A stretch of DNA of 63,801 bases, counting the filler, from Pirum gemmata (taxonomy: Eukaryota), in the NCBI GenBank assembly GCA_002812295.1. It is 18 parts of 18 records of this genome, joined end to end, with 100 filler letters (N's around TTAATTAATTAA, not from the genome) between each part and the next. Parts side by side here need not be neighbours in the genome. Positions count along the whole stretch, not along the records: positions 10,837 to 13,836 come from PDIN01003875.1; positions 13,937 to 16,912 come from PDIN01003876.1; positions 17,013 to 22,964 come from PDIN01003877.1; 15 more parts are not named here. One strand, written 5' to 3'. This document shows positions 10,837-22,964 of this stretch, in pieces. A model generated the notes under the pieces. It was not told where the DNA came from. It ran no database searches and saw only the letters and a program-made list of their open reading frames with translations. The translations under genes were made by a program, and so were the position numbers. How positions within the stretch are numbered: the stretch's first letter is position 1; every line of letters begins with the position of its first letter.

Positions 10837-13188
10837 GATTGTTCTGGTTTTGAACGAGTCCCGAATGATACCAAAGAGTCATTATTGCAGCGCATTGCTG
10901 TGAGTAAATCCTTCATGAAACATGGTCTCATTCCTCATTTCGAAAGTGATCCCGCTGTGGCAGCCCATAATCCACTATATGCACTTTCTTCTATTGAAGA
11001 CAATTTAGATGAATTTCGTAACTCCAACAACAACAACAATTGCAATCACTGCAAAGTCCCTTTTATCTTAGTAGATGACATTGAAAAACTATTCAGCCCT
11101 TACAATGACTCTGTGTCCAAGTTTTGTGGGAAAGCTCAAAAATGTTTCCACCTATTTTATGGATATCAAGTAAGGAAAATGGCACAGCGATCAGAGTATG
11201 AGAAAATATTCCAACAATTGAAGGTTTGGGTAAAGGAAAACAAAAGAGATTGCCCATTTATTATCATAGTTGTGGATTGGAAAGAAAAGTGGGAAGCTAA
11301 ATACTCAGAAGAAAAATCAACACAAAATTTCAAAAAAGGTGGGTTGTCTTGGAACGGGTCACTTGTTAAACTTTTTTGTTATGATGAAGAATCGGATGAT
11401 GTTGTAGTAAAAGAGTTTTCATTTCATGATATCATGAACAATAATAACAATCAGGATTCTTTTGCCTCTGCAGCCGCTTTTGAGTTGGTTTTAGAAAGAG
11501 TGAAATGTATGTATCCCCATGTAGAAAAAGTAGTTTTGGTATCTGATAATGCGTCCAACTATTCTGCTGCTGTTGCACTACTTTACTTTGTTATTGTTGG
11601 TTATATCTGTGGCATCCTTGTAAGTACCTATTTCCACTTCGTGGAGCAAGACGGCAAATCAACATTGGATTTGACATTTGGTTTAATACAAACAGCACTA
11701 GAAAGGTTACTAAAACATAGGAATTTAGCATCGCCAGCACAGCTACATGTTGGTATCGATTTAGCCAATGTAAAAAACACATTTTCTGGTCTTTTCGATA
11801 TTAATAGAGAATGGGAGAAAGAAGTACAAAATAGGTTAAAACTTTACATTGTAAAGCTAAATAATTCTTTAAAACGAAGTAGGTTTGGTTTAGTTGAATT
11901 TACATATCCCAATTTACAGTCTCCTTCTAGTGAAAACTTTTTTGAAAATTTGAAACAGTTATCTTATAGTTTCAAAGCTTATAAATATGGGAAATTGGGC
12001 CATCCTGTTGTGTGCAATATTGATTTCTCTTATCTTGATTGTGATGTGCTACCTGACCAGGCTTTTCATATGACATTTGGCGAGCAAATTGATTTGGAAG
12101 AAGAAGAATTTGATGATTTACTTGAAATGGCACAAGAAGAAGACACAGGGTTAGTGTTAGAAGAAGAACCCACAGCAGGACCGACACAAATACATGAAGA
12201 TAATGAAGATGATGATAAAGATGATGATGAAGATGATGATGAAGATGATATTATTGAAACCGAGGGACCATCAGCACGTTTATATAAAAAAAGCACAAGA
12301 GAATTTGCCGTGTTTGATGGAACTAAAATTGCCACCACGCATTTCACAAAAGCTAAATTATGGAATGGGAAAAAGGTTATGAGGCTTTCTCGTCAATGGA
12401 AGGTCTCTGACAAGTCTAACACTAGTGTGAAAAGAAAACCAGTAACATTTTGTACGGATTCTGATCAAGAAGATATAATTTCTATATGTCTTAAATACGC
12501 CCATGAAATAACTTCTTCAGAGGATGAACAAAATGTTATTACTACACAGTATACTGATTCAGGAATATCTTTGATTAAGCCCTTAACGCGTTTACAACTT
12601 TATGAATACCCTGATAATTTTTTTCGTCAAGGGTATGCAAAGAGAGCAACTTCCAACTCTTTTGGTCCCCCAAATACCGAAGAATTTATCGAAACTATCG
12701 CTGAGTACACTAGACGGGGTGTTGTCAATCCAGGAACGAAAATGTCTTCTTATGCGATGCTAGATAACTTAAGAATTTTACATCCTAATCGATTCGACAT
12801 GCCGTTTGATTATCATATTGCTTTAGTAGTGGTAAGGATATTGCGTAGAATGAAGAATGGAAACGCTAGTAACAAAAAAACTGGCTTACCTATGTTTCTG
12901 GAAGAAATTCTTTACAATTATTTGGGCAAATGTATTGTTGATAATGATGGAATCAAGAACATTACAATGGGGGATTTACTACTGACAATGTTTGGTTTGC
13001 CAAAAAAGAAGGGCGACAGAAAAGACAAACATATTACAAAGGAAAAATTTATACTTGAATCACAAATATATAAAGATATACGCGCTAAACTGCAAGATCC
13101 AATTGGAAGTGATAAGGAAGAGATGGATTTGCTAGAAAATCTTTTAAAACAAATGGGTAACTGGATTAGTCGAATAAAAAGGACATAA
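10837..13188 (+). CDS. Sola3-like DDD transposase, 5'-truncated at the scaffold start
   Basis: Frame open from 10837, no introns. Motifs H..YALS...CNHC, VDWKEKW...FKKGGLSWNG, VSDNASNY and EQDGKSTLDLTFG match my recollection of the Sola3 pattern (DWAMK...GKRGxSWH, SDNAxCY, ExQxGKxxCD). Three candidate catalytic Asp are intact. Confidence 0.7.
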   Translation, partial: DCSGFERVPNDTKESLLQRIAVSKSFMKHGLIPHFESDPAVAAHNPLYALSSIEDNLDEFRNSNNNNNCNHCKVPFILVDDIEKLFSPYNDSVSKFCGKAQKCFHLFYGYQVRKMAQRSEYEKIFQQLKVWVKENKRDCPFIIIVVDWKEKWEAKYSEEKSTQNFKKGGLSWNGSLVKLFCYDEESDDVVVKEFSFHDIMNNNNNQDSFASAAAFELVLERVKCMYPHVEKVVLVSDNASNYSAAVALLYFVIVGYICGILVSTYFHFVEQDGKSTLDLTFGLIQTALERLLKHRNLASPAQLHVGIDLANVKNTFSGLFDINREWEKEVQNRLKLYIVKLNNSLKRSRFGLVEFTYPNLQSPSSENFFENLKQLSYSFKAYKYGKLGHPVVCNIDFSYLDCDVLPDQAFHMTFGEQIDLEEEEFDDLLEMAQEEDTGLVLEEEPTAGPTQIHEDNEDDDKDDDEDDDEDDIIETEGPSARLYKKSTREFAVFDGTKIATTHFTKAKLWNGKKVMRLSRQWKVSDKSNTSVKRKPVTFCTDSDQEDIISICLKYAHEITSSEDEQNVITTQYTDSGISLIKPLTRLQLYEYPDNFFRQGYAKRATSNSFGPPNTEEFIETIAEYTRRGVVNPGTKMSSYAMLDNLRILHPNRFDMPFDYHIALVVVRILRRMKNGNASNKKTGLPMFLEEILYNYLGKCIVDNDGIKNITMGDLLLTMFGLPKKKGDRKDKHITKEKFILESQIYKDIRAKLQDPIGSDKEEMDLLENLLKQMGNWISRIKRT

Positions 13189-13458
13189 GTTATGATGACT
13201 TTTATAACTAGATAAGTTAACCAGTTAGTAATTCATAAGTTCAAAAATTTTCTTCCAAAATTAAAAAAACTATATTCTAGATCTCTTAGTGTATTTTTAG
13301 AGTAAATATTGTATAATAATTATATTTTAATTAATGAAAATTTATCATCAGTAATTGGTTTTTTAGAGAAAATAATTGGTCATCATGATCAAGTAAATCA
13401 TTCTAATTTTGTGGTAAATATTTATTATAATGGCGAAAATAACCACTTTTTTTACTAT

Positions 13459-13836
13459 ATATATAGACACTTTATGTACAGTTGAATCGTTCCTTAAAAT
13501 AATTTAATAAAACAGATATTAATAATTCAGCAGCTCTTTCAATTTGAAGTACAAGCCTATATATTGTCTATAATATTATAACAACTATATTATACCATGC
13601 TCAATGTCCTAATTTGCTATATAAATATTATATATACTTTATAGTCTACGTGTATCAGATAATATATTATACAACATAATAATGTTAAAATAATAATAAT
13701 AACAGCATATGCATATTATAGACAATATATACGCTTGTACTTCAAATTGAAAGAGCTGCTGAATTATTAATATTAATATCTGTTTTATTAAATTATTTTA
13801 AGGAACGATTCAACTGTACATAAAGTGTCTATATAT
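13459..13836. repeat. Long near-perfect inverted repeat (arms 13459-13576 and 13713-13836)
   Basis: ATATAGACACTTTATGTACAGTTGAATCGTTCCTT...GAAGTACAAGC is mirrored by GCTTGTACTTC...AAGGAACGATTCAACTGTACATAAAGTGTCTATAT. The right arm runs to the scaffold end. Confidence 0.92.
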
Positions 13837-15021
13837 NNNNNNNNNNNNNNNNNNNNNNNNNNNNNNNNNNNNNNNNNNNNTTAATTAATTAANNNNNNNN
13901 NNNNNNNNNNNNNNNNNNNNNNNNNNNNNNNNNNNNTAAGCAAAAAAACAAAAAAACAAAAAAAACACAAAAACAAAAATACAAAAATACAAAAAAACAA
14001 AAAACAAAAAAACAAAAAAACAAAAAAACTAAAAACAAAAAAACAAAAAAACAAAACAAAAAAATAAAAAAACAAAAAGAACAGATGAAAAGAACAAAAA
14101 AACAAAAAACCAAGAAAGCAAGAAAACATAAAAACATGAAAACAAAAAAAACTAAAAGAACAAAAAAACAAAAAAATAAATAAAACAAAAAACAAAAAAT
14201 TAGAAAAATCGATTTCAAAATAACCATGAGACTCCAACAGTGTCATGAAAAAACACCCAATTATTATTTAATAGATATATTTTAATAACTACTTTGGTTT
14301 GTTGTTTATGTTTTATTTTTATGTTTTTATACTTATGTAAAATATGTCAAGTATAGTATTAAAGTACCAAATAAATAATTGAAGATGTCAGTTTTTTATT
14401 TTTATTATTATTTATATTTACATATTATATAGATCAAATAATTCATTAAATATTTCATTTTTATTAAGCCCGAACCACTAACCCAAAAACTACCTCCCAA
14501 CCCTAAACGCAACCTCAATGCTAAGTTGCCCTTGATCATCATTTAGAGCCAGAAACACAATCTTAACCCTATATAGCTAATTAGCATCCTACGGGTATAC
14601 CTAACTCCATGTACATGTGCAGATTTCACGGCCCCTTTATATAAAGCCCTAACCAGATATAGCTATCCCAACAGTCCTAACCGTATAGCTAACCCTAACC
14701 CCAACCCCCAACTCCAACTCTAATTTTCAACCTAATCTTCCACTACCCCCCCCCCACAATACACACACACACACATACACATACACACAAATATATTATA
14801 TTATGCTGTAACAGTCCTTAATTAACCCTAACCCTCCTAATTTTATAAGTTTTATATTAATTATTATTAAAATTATTATACATTATTATTATAATGAATT
14901 ATATTAATTATTATTATAAAATATTATTTATTAGGATTTAGATTATTTGTAGCGATAGAATCTGATGTGCTCCATTATAGGAACATCTTGCAATAACTGA
15001 TCTGGATGAAGTATCAAAAAA

Positions 15022-16784
15022 TTATAAACGTTTTGACTTTAGTTTTTCAGTTTCTCCAATTTTCGTTTGTTTATCAATATTAATATTATTAATATCATCA
15101 ATGTCATAAGTTGTATTCAACGATTCTATACCAGTATAATCTTTCAATTTACTTGAATTCCTAGAATAATTCTTATATTTACTATTACGCAAACTTGTTA
15201 TACTGTGACGAAAACTTGACCTGCGAATCACATTAGATACGGATCCTCTAGGAGAACTGACGCTAGTAATTGTCGTTTCCAACGTTAATTTAGTATTATT
15301 ACTGTTGTGTTTCATCTCTAATGTTGCCCAGTCTTTTTCAACAAACGACCTAGAAATAAATAAAAAAATAGGGATTCCCACCAAAATAATAGCAGCAAAA
15401 GTGAAATAAAGCACGTTCAAATTACCATCGTTTAAATCATTTTTGTAAAAATGGTGTAAACCACGAGTGATGGAAGAAGAAAAAGAATTAGCGATGGCTC
15501 TACTTGCTAACATGTAGAAGGATTTAATAACTGAACGCGTTTTTGGTGGTGATTGTGTGTAACAAAAATGCATAAGAGCAGGATGCGAAATACTGTCACC
15601 CACGGCATCTAATGCAAAAGGTAAAAACATATAAAAACCGGAAAAATCACTCATGTACACTCCTTTACCAGTTTTATGATTTTTAGGGGCGCAGTTACTG
15701 TAGTCTTCCTCAGTCATAACCCGTGCTTGTTTTCGTAAAAATTCCCCCAATGCAGCGAAAAGTAAGGCCAGAATCATTAAGATAAAACTGATCACTACTT
15801 TCTGTTTTAATGAAACTGTTGACCCTTTCCATTTGGAAACTTTAGGCCAAACAAATCCTTCTAGGATAGGGACAGTAATAATGATGGCTACGGCATTAGC
15901 AAGTTTAAAAAAACTTCCATTTACTTGTTCGCCATTAAGGAGGATATTAGATTGACAAGCTTGACTTTGGTATGCATGATTTGAAGCTGCTCCTCCAATA
16001 GAAGAAAAAATCGCCCCAACGAAAAGAATAGGTATACAATCTAAAGCACCTTTCACTTCCTTAGTTAAAATCATATCAGTGTTTATGTCTTCTATTTTGT
16101 CTAAATGACTATTGTTTCTATGACCTAGGCATATAATAATAACAGCAATAATTCCAACAGTAACAGATATATAAACCAAGATTTGTGCAACAGCCTTGTT
16201 GGTTATAAAAGCCGCGCAAATGGTCAAAATTAGAAACAAAACTATAGAACCCCAAGCACAAAGTAATAATGCCCCCTTTTTAGAGAAACGCGCACTTGCA
16301 TACATATAATAAATAATACCCCCCAGTGAATTACCCTGAGGTTTGGGTTTTATGTATTTTGAAGTTCCACAAAGAAAGCACAAGTAACCCAACAACATTG
16401 CACCGCCACACATAAAGTAAGCAGCAGCGTAACCATATTCAACAGGAATTGCACCAGAACCCTGGGTAGTCATGTTTAAAAAATAGGTATAAGATAAGAT
16501 CGAGGCTACACTAAAAACAATTATTACAGTTGAAAAATAACGCTTTTGATTAATGGTCAAGTATTTTTTTTTTGGTTCATTGTTAGTTTTTAAATCGAAC
16601 TGATCAGCTCCAAAGTTAACTAGATTTGGTGCTAGAAACCCTGTCCCCACTGGAAAAATAAAAAACATAGCAACAAACAGTAAAGCTAAACTGTTAATTT
16701 CAGGTAGAGAAGCAATAGCAACACCCAAGATAGCAACGCATATTACACCAGCACCGATAATGAGGGACTTGAAACGACCCAACA
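15022..16784 (-). CDS. POT/PTR (NRT1/PTR) proton-dependent oligopeptide transporter, large terminal exon
   Basis: LGRFKSLI, GTGFLAPNLVNFGADQFD, YIKPKPQG and YTQSPPKTRSV are PTR2 hallmarks, with many TM helices. AG acceptor at 16786-16785; the 5' exon is not in this scaffold. Confidence 0.9.
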
Positions 16785-17734
16785 CTGAAATTTTCGATCA
16801 TATATATTATATACATAAATATATACATATAGATATATAATTTATACATAATTTGGTATTTTAATAAAATATAATTAATAATTAATATTAATAATAATAA
16901 TAATAATAATAANNNNNNNNNNNNNNNNNNNNNNNNNNNNNNNNNNNNNNNNNNNNTTAATTAATTAANNNNNNNNNNNNNNNNNNNNNNNNNNNNNNNN
17001 NNNNNNNNNNNNTAATAATAATAATAATAATAATAATATATTAGGCTTTTTTACTTTGAACGGTGCAACAAATTCCTGAAATCTACGTATACTCTTATAA
17101 CTCTAGTATTTCAAAAAAAAATATTGAATTACAGTATATGAGAAGAAGCCTAGTTATTCAAAGAGTGGGCGCCTGTTTCGTGGATTTAGTTGAACAAAAT
17201 CCTAATTGTGATTATCATAGGATTGCTCGTGAACTTTTCCACGATTAAATTTTTTAAATAAAAATAAATCTAAAAACGATGCATATGGTTGTGAAGAAAA
17301 ATGCTTTTAACAAGCTTCTTGATAAAGACTTCTTTCAAGTTTCTGTAAACAATATGGGTTTAATAGAAACAAGAAGAAATTTTTTTCAAGTAGCCAGTTT
17401 AGGTAAAAAAGGATGTTTCAAAAGAATAATAGTTCTATAGTTGTAACAAATTTTTGAGTAAATTATTAAATACAGATATAACCAACATGTGTGGCTAGTG
17501 TGGCTAGTCGCTACCCTCGCTACCCTAGCTCCATATTTATTTGGTATTAATAATGATTATTTTGGTATGATATAATTAAGAATATAATACCAAAATATAA
17601 GACTATTAGTATTTAATTATAATAACATTTTAATTTGTAACAATGAATATTTTGATATAAAAGCTTTATTTGGACTCAAAATATGTTAAAAACGTACTAA
17701 AATATCCTTAAATTGTAATGTTTAATAATAGAAA

Positions 17735-18060
17735 TAAACAAAAAAATGTACATAAAAGGATAAAAATGGTAAAAATGACCTAAATATAGTGCAAAAAATG
17801 TAAAAAGAGACCAAAATATCTTTAAAACCTCATAAAATAGCCTAAATATAGACAAATAAACAATAATATTAACAAAAAATGTATATAAAAGGATAAAAAA
17901 TGTACATAAAAGGATAAAAAATATCTAACATAGGTAAAAATGACCTAAATATAGAGCAAAAAAACGTAAATATCCTAAATATAGACAAATAAACAGCAAA
18001 AACTTTAAGTAATTATGTCCAAAATATAAGAATATAAACCCTAAAAAGTATACAAATAGT
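17735..18060. repeat. Degenerate A-rich minisatellite
   Basis: Recurring AAAATGACCTAAATATAG, AAAAAATGTA(C/T)ATAAAAGGATAAAAA and CCTAAATATAGACAAATAAAC. Confidence 0.7.
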
Positions 18061-19632
18061 CAAAAAGTGCCAATTTTAACTAAAAAAATTAAGAATAAAA
18101 TCGTACAAAACTCTATAAATAAGAATGCCAGTTGTCTTAAAAGCATTTAATTATATATAAAATAAACTATATAATATTATAATAAATTTGGTATCAATCC
18201 GAGTTTTTCAGCGACTTAGATAAAGTTCAAGAAGACGTGTTTGAAGCTTTCTTTGGAGCATTAATTAATCCAAATAACCTAACCCTAACCCTAACCCTAA
18301 CCCTAACCCTAACCCTAAACCTTGGTCACAGTTTTGTATTAATAGTAAGTTACCAAATCATATCTAACTTGCTACAAGCCGAATCTCTCTCCTTACAATA
18401 TAGTATGATGCCTTGTATGATTCAAAAACTCGACTAAAAGAAACCGCCGATATGTTTAGATCACAAATTGGAAATTTAATATTTTAATTAATATATATAT
18501 ATATAGTAAAAAAACAGTTATTTTCGCCATCATAAGTAGCATGAAATTCACCGATATAATATTATACAGTGAAAAATAAGACTACGAAAGACTATTTTTT
18601 TTTTTATAAGAATATAAATACTCATATATTATATATATCATAATTATTATATATATCTATCATATGTTGTCTCTTTTAAAAATTAGTAATACTTTACAAA
18701 TACGATGCAGTAAGTAATAACATAAAGCTTAATGGGTGCGATATTTAAAATAAGTTGTACTTTGCAAATATATAATAATATATAATATTAATAATTTATA
18801 TCACTTTGCCTGTACCGATTCTGCACCAAGACCTAGGAAATTTTTTATCATAGCTAGTAGTACTCTAGCTAGCTAGTAGTAGTAGAGTTGCTATCAATAA
18901 TAATTATGATATTATTATTGATAGTAGTATCATATCAGATATCTGATAACTAGCTAGCTAGCTAGCTAGTAGCTAGTAGCTAGAGTAAGTGAACCAAACC
19001 AAGGAGTACAAAAACTCTTTGGGGTCTTAGTACAAGTTAGTAGATAATAATAATTATTATTATTATGTTATAGAAAGTAGAGCTAAGAAACCTTTTTTAA
19101 AAATTGCTGTGATATGTCAGAAAGTATAGCTAAGAAAGAGCCTTCTATAGCCTTCTGCAGAAAGAGCCTGTAGAAAAGAAAAAAAAAATCCGTATATAGA
19201 ATCGAAAAAAATAGACGAATCAATATTGCGAAACAAAGACAAAAAGAACCAGCAAAAGAACCCCAGGGCCCAGAATAATCAATCCTGATAATCAATCAAT
19301 CAGACTCTTTAGTCTCTTACCTAACTAACCCTCCCTATGAGTCCCTAACCCTACTCCTAACCCTAACCCTGACCGGGTGACCCTGACCGGGTGACGCTGA
19401 CCCTAACCTTTAGAAGTTTTTTTTTTTTTTTTTTTTTTTTTTTTGTTAAAACCCAAAAGTCAAAACCCTAATTCTAATTCTAACCCAAACTTTCAAGGTT
19501 CTGAACTTCTAATTACCAAGATATATTGTCTGGTCCCCATTTATCTCCGCAATGTAAAGATTTATTTTTTAAATATCAATTTTAATAACCCATGTTGATA
19601 GAAGGTTAGTAAAATTAAGAGACCATCGATAT

Positions 19633-19742
19633 CCTAACCCTAACCCTAACCCTAACCCTAACCCTAACTAACCCTAACCCTAACCCTAACCCTCTAATCC
19701 TAATCCTAACCCTAACCCTAACCCTAATCCTAACCCTTAACC
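19633..19742 (-). repeat. Interstitial telomere-like (CCCTAA)n array; representative
   Basis: Similar arrays at about 8479-8503, 18276-18321, 31360-31565, 51795-51840, 52134-52232, 53093-53166, 60258-60322 and 63771-63801. Confidence 0.9.
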
Positions 19743-20096
19743 GTAGCCCTTTGTGTTATTTATAAAATAAATAATACTTTAGTCTATTATAATATGATAA
19801 TAATATAGACCCCCGTCTAGCTACTACTAGCTAGAGAGTCTATCATATATTTACTTAGGTCTAACTAGAGCTGCTAGACCCCTGAGTTCTATGTCTACAG
19901 CTGTGGTACTGTAGAGCTATGGTATGTCTACTCTACTATCATTATTATTATAATCTAGCTAGAGAGCATAATAATACTATACTAATATTCCGGAAAAAAA
20001 AAGATTTTTTATGTAACCTAGGTTATAGCCAATGGGTAATGATTTTTGTACTTTTTTATATTAAAATTTTTTTTTACGTATTTTTACATAGACTGN

Positions 20097-20782
20097 GAAT
20101 ATGTGCGTCCTCGAAGTGGAGATCCATCTTTGCATTTTGGGAAACAAATAGAAATTGCTGTGAAATGGGGTCCAGGAAGTGAAATTTCTTGGATTTTAGC
20201 CCCAGCAGGGTCAGGAGACATTGTACCAACCCCACCAACCCCACCAACCCCACAAACCCCACCGAACCCACAAACAGATACGCCATCCACAACAGATTCA
20301 GTATCCACAACAGATTTGTCATCCTCAACATCAGATACGCCTTCAACAACAGAGACCCCATCCACAACAGATTCAATATCCACAACAGATTTGCCATCCT
20401 CAACATCAGATACGCCTTCCACAACAGAGACGCCATCCATAACAGATTCAATATCCACAACAGAATTGCCATCCTCAGCATCCTCATCATCATTACCAGC
20501 ATCCTCATCATCACCAGCACCCTCATCAGCATCCTCATCATCATCACCAGCATCCTCATCATCATCACCAGAATCCACCACATCATCACCAGAATCAACA
20601 ACATCATCACCAGATTCAACAACATCATCACCAGATTCAACAACCACATCACCAGCATCATCACCAGCATCATCACCAGCATCATCAGCACCAAAACCAG
20701 AACCCATTGAAAAACAAAATGATACAAATACAGCCGTCATTGCAGGCGCTGGTGCAGGCGCTGGTGTCATAGTTTTGTTAGG
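20097..20782 (+). CDS. Fragment of a type-I membrane protein: Pro/Thr/Ser mucin-like stalk and start of TM helix
   Basis: Open frame between single-N joins: end of a globular domain (EIAVKWGPGSEISWILAP), PTPP repeats, three roughly 26-aa TPSTTDS repeats, SSP repeats, then TAVIAGAGAGAGVIVLL. Confidence 0.7.
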
Positions 20783-21717
20783 NAAAAAACACACCATAAA
20801 TTTACGACATAGCGCGCTGACGAATAGAGACTAGTGCTAGGTAATCTAGTGGACAGTATGGTGAAATTAACCCAAAAGTTACTATATATATAATATATAT
20901 GGCGAAAAAAACCGTTTATTTACTTTATATATATATAATTTCATTGGTGATTCTTCCGTAGCCTTGTAAGGCTTGTATCAATGCGGTGACCGTTAATTGG
21001 TGATCGTCTAAAATAATTACCCAGTTAAAAAACGTTTCAGGTTGGGGTTTAGCATTTTAGCCTATTGGGGGCCATTTGGGGCTAGGACTAATAGCACTGG
21101 TGACTGGTACTGGAATGGGAACTTGGGAAGTGACTATCTATAGGCTTCTATTAATATCTATCATATTATAATAATAATAAAAATATTATCATAGCATAGT
21201 TACAGTGTAATATAATTATTATATCTATCAATTACTTTAGTTAGAAATAAAATTTTATAATATTACTGGTATAATTCAAGGATTTTTCTTAAAAGGATAT
21301 TATTAAAGAATAATAATTATTATTTTTTTTTTTTTCTAGCGATGTTTGTCTGATCATGAATCTAGGATCATGAAATGATGCTATAGTTAAAAGCTACTAG
21401 CTAGCTAGCAAGCTAGAGAGTATATGATTAGTCTTGACTCTGGAATCTGGATCGCTAATTTTTTTTTATTATTATTTACTTATAATTAGTTATTAACAAG
21501 TATTTACATAATATTTATAAATAAATCACTATTATAAAAATAATACAAAGTTAGGTCTCATGTAAAAATAGCTGGGTAATCTTCTAACTAAGAAAACTCT
21601 ATTATGAATCAATGGCCAAATTTTAAAAAAATAATCTAGCCAGTTGGCATTTTAAAGATTTTTAGAAAAGAAGTCTAAAAAAATAATATCTACAGTTTTA
21701 TCTGGCTTGTCTGTTTT

Positions 21718-21748
<31 letters not shown>

Positions 21749-22933
21749 TAATAATTTGCATAACAAAAACAATAATAATCATAATAATAATAATAATAAG
21801 GATAACCATAAGCATTTGGTTTTTACACAAAATGACACTGTGCAAAATTAATCCGATAAACAATAAAACACAACGTTAATCTAATAGTAATATTAATAAC
21901 ACCAGGAAATTAAACAATAACAACAACAACAACAACAACACCAACACCAACAACAGCAGCAAGTACGATAATCACAATCCATCCGGCTTGGTAAAAAAAA
22001 AGTTTTTTTTTATTTAATTAGAAATTTTTTATTTCTTTTCAAAAAAATTAATTAATTTCTATAAAAAATAAAATGAATATTTTTTTTTTTTTTACCATGC
22101 CGGAATGGAATGGTAAGGTGACATATTGGTGACATCCGCCATATGAGCTCAAAAATCCAAAAATCTCAAAATGATCCAATTTGTATTATAATAAAAGTAC
22201 TACCAAATTTTGAGAAATTGTCTAACTAGGAAAACTCTATTATGAACCGATGGCTAGTTTTTAGAAATAATTTGGCTAGTTAGCATTTTAAAAAGGTTTT
22301 TGGAAAAGAAGTCTAAAAAAAATTGATTTAGACTACATTCTGTGGCTTCAGTTTGGCTTTTGTGGGCTTATTAAAGTGACACAGGTTGTGACACTCTAGC
22401 CACAAAATGTAATACTTAGCGAATGCGTAATAATGATATCGATGCTATGAAGATAATTCAATAACAAAGTTTGCTTGTTTTTTGTTAAGCTCTAGATTGA
22501 CGATGAACTTCAAAAAATAAAAAAATTAAAAAAAATAAATAAATATGATTTATAAAAAACTAAATAAAAATAAAATATTTTTGTTTTGCTTGTAAAATTT
22601 TACTGGTATCGTAAAAAGCTACTAGCTATCATAGACGGGTAGGTTACAGAAAAGGGACTCTTATATTATATTACGAATTCTTAATTAATTAACAAGTTAA
22701 ATTTTAATAAAAAATGTAATTTATTATTAATATATTATTAATATATACATATGCATAATATTATAACAAGATTATTAAACTTTATTATTATACTATGTAG
22801 TTGAAATTTTTGATTTGTCTTATATAGACTATATTATGACGATGTGATCGTATGTGTTGTGTTGTAACTTTCATAAATAAGTAAATAAATAAATAAATAA
22901 ATAAATAAATATTATATTAATTAAATAAAAAAA

Positions 22934-22964
<31 letters not shown>

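Noticed and set aside
17045..17440. Possible exon or ORF (QQIPEIYVYS...)
   Set aside because: Interrupted by stops with no recognisable motif; too weak to call.
20074..20797. Overlapping antisense and alternative-frame ORFs
   Set aside because: By-products of the repetitive Ser/Thr-coding strand; only the + frame gives a coherent stalk plus TM.
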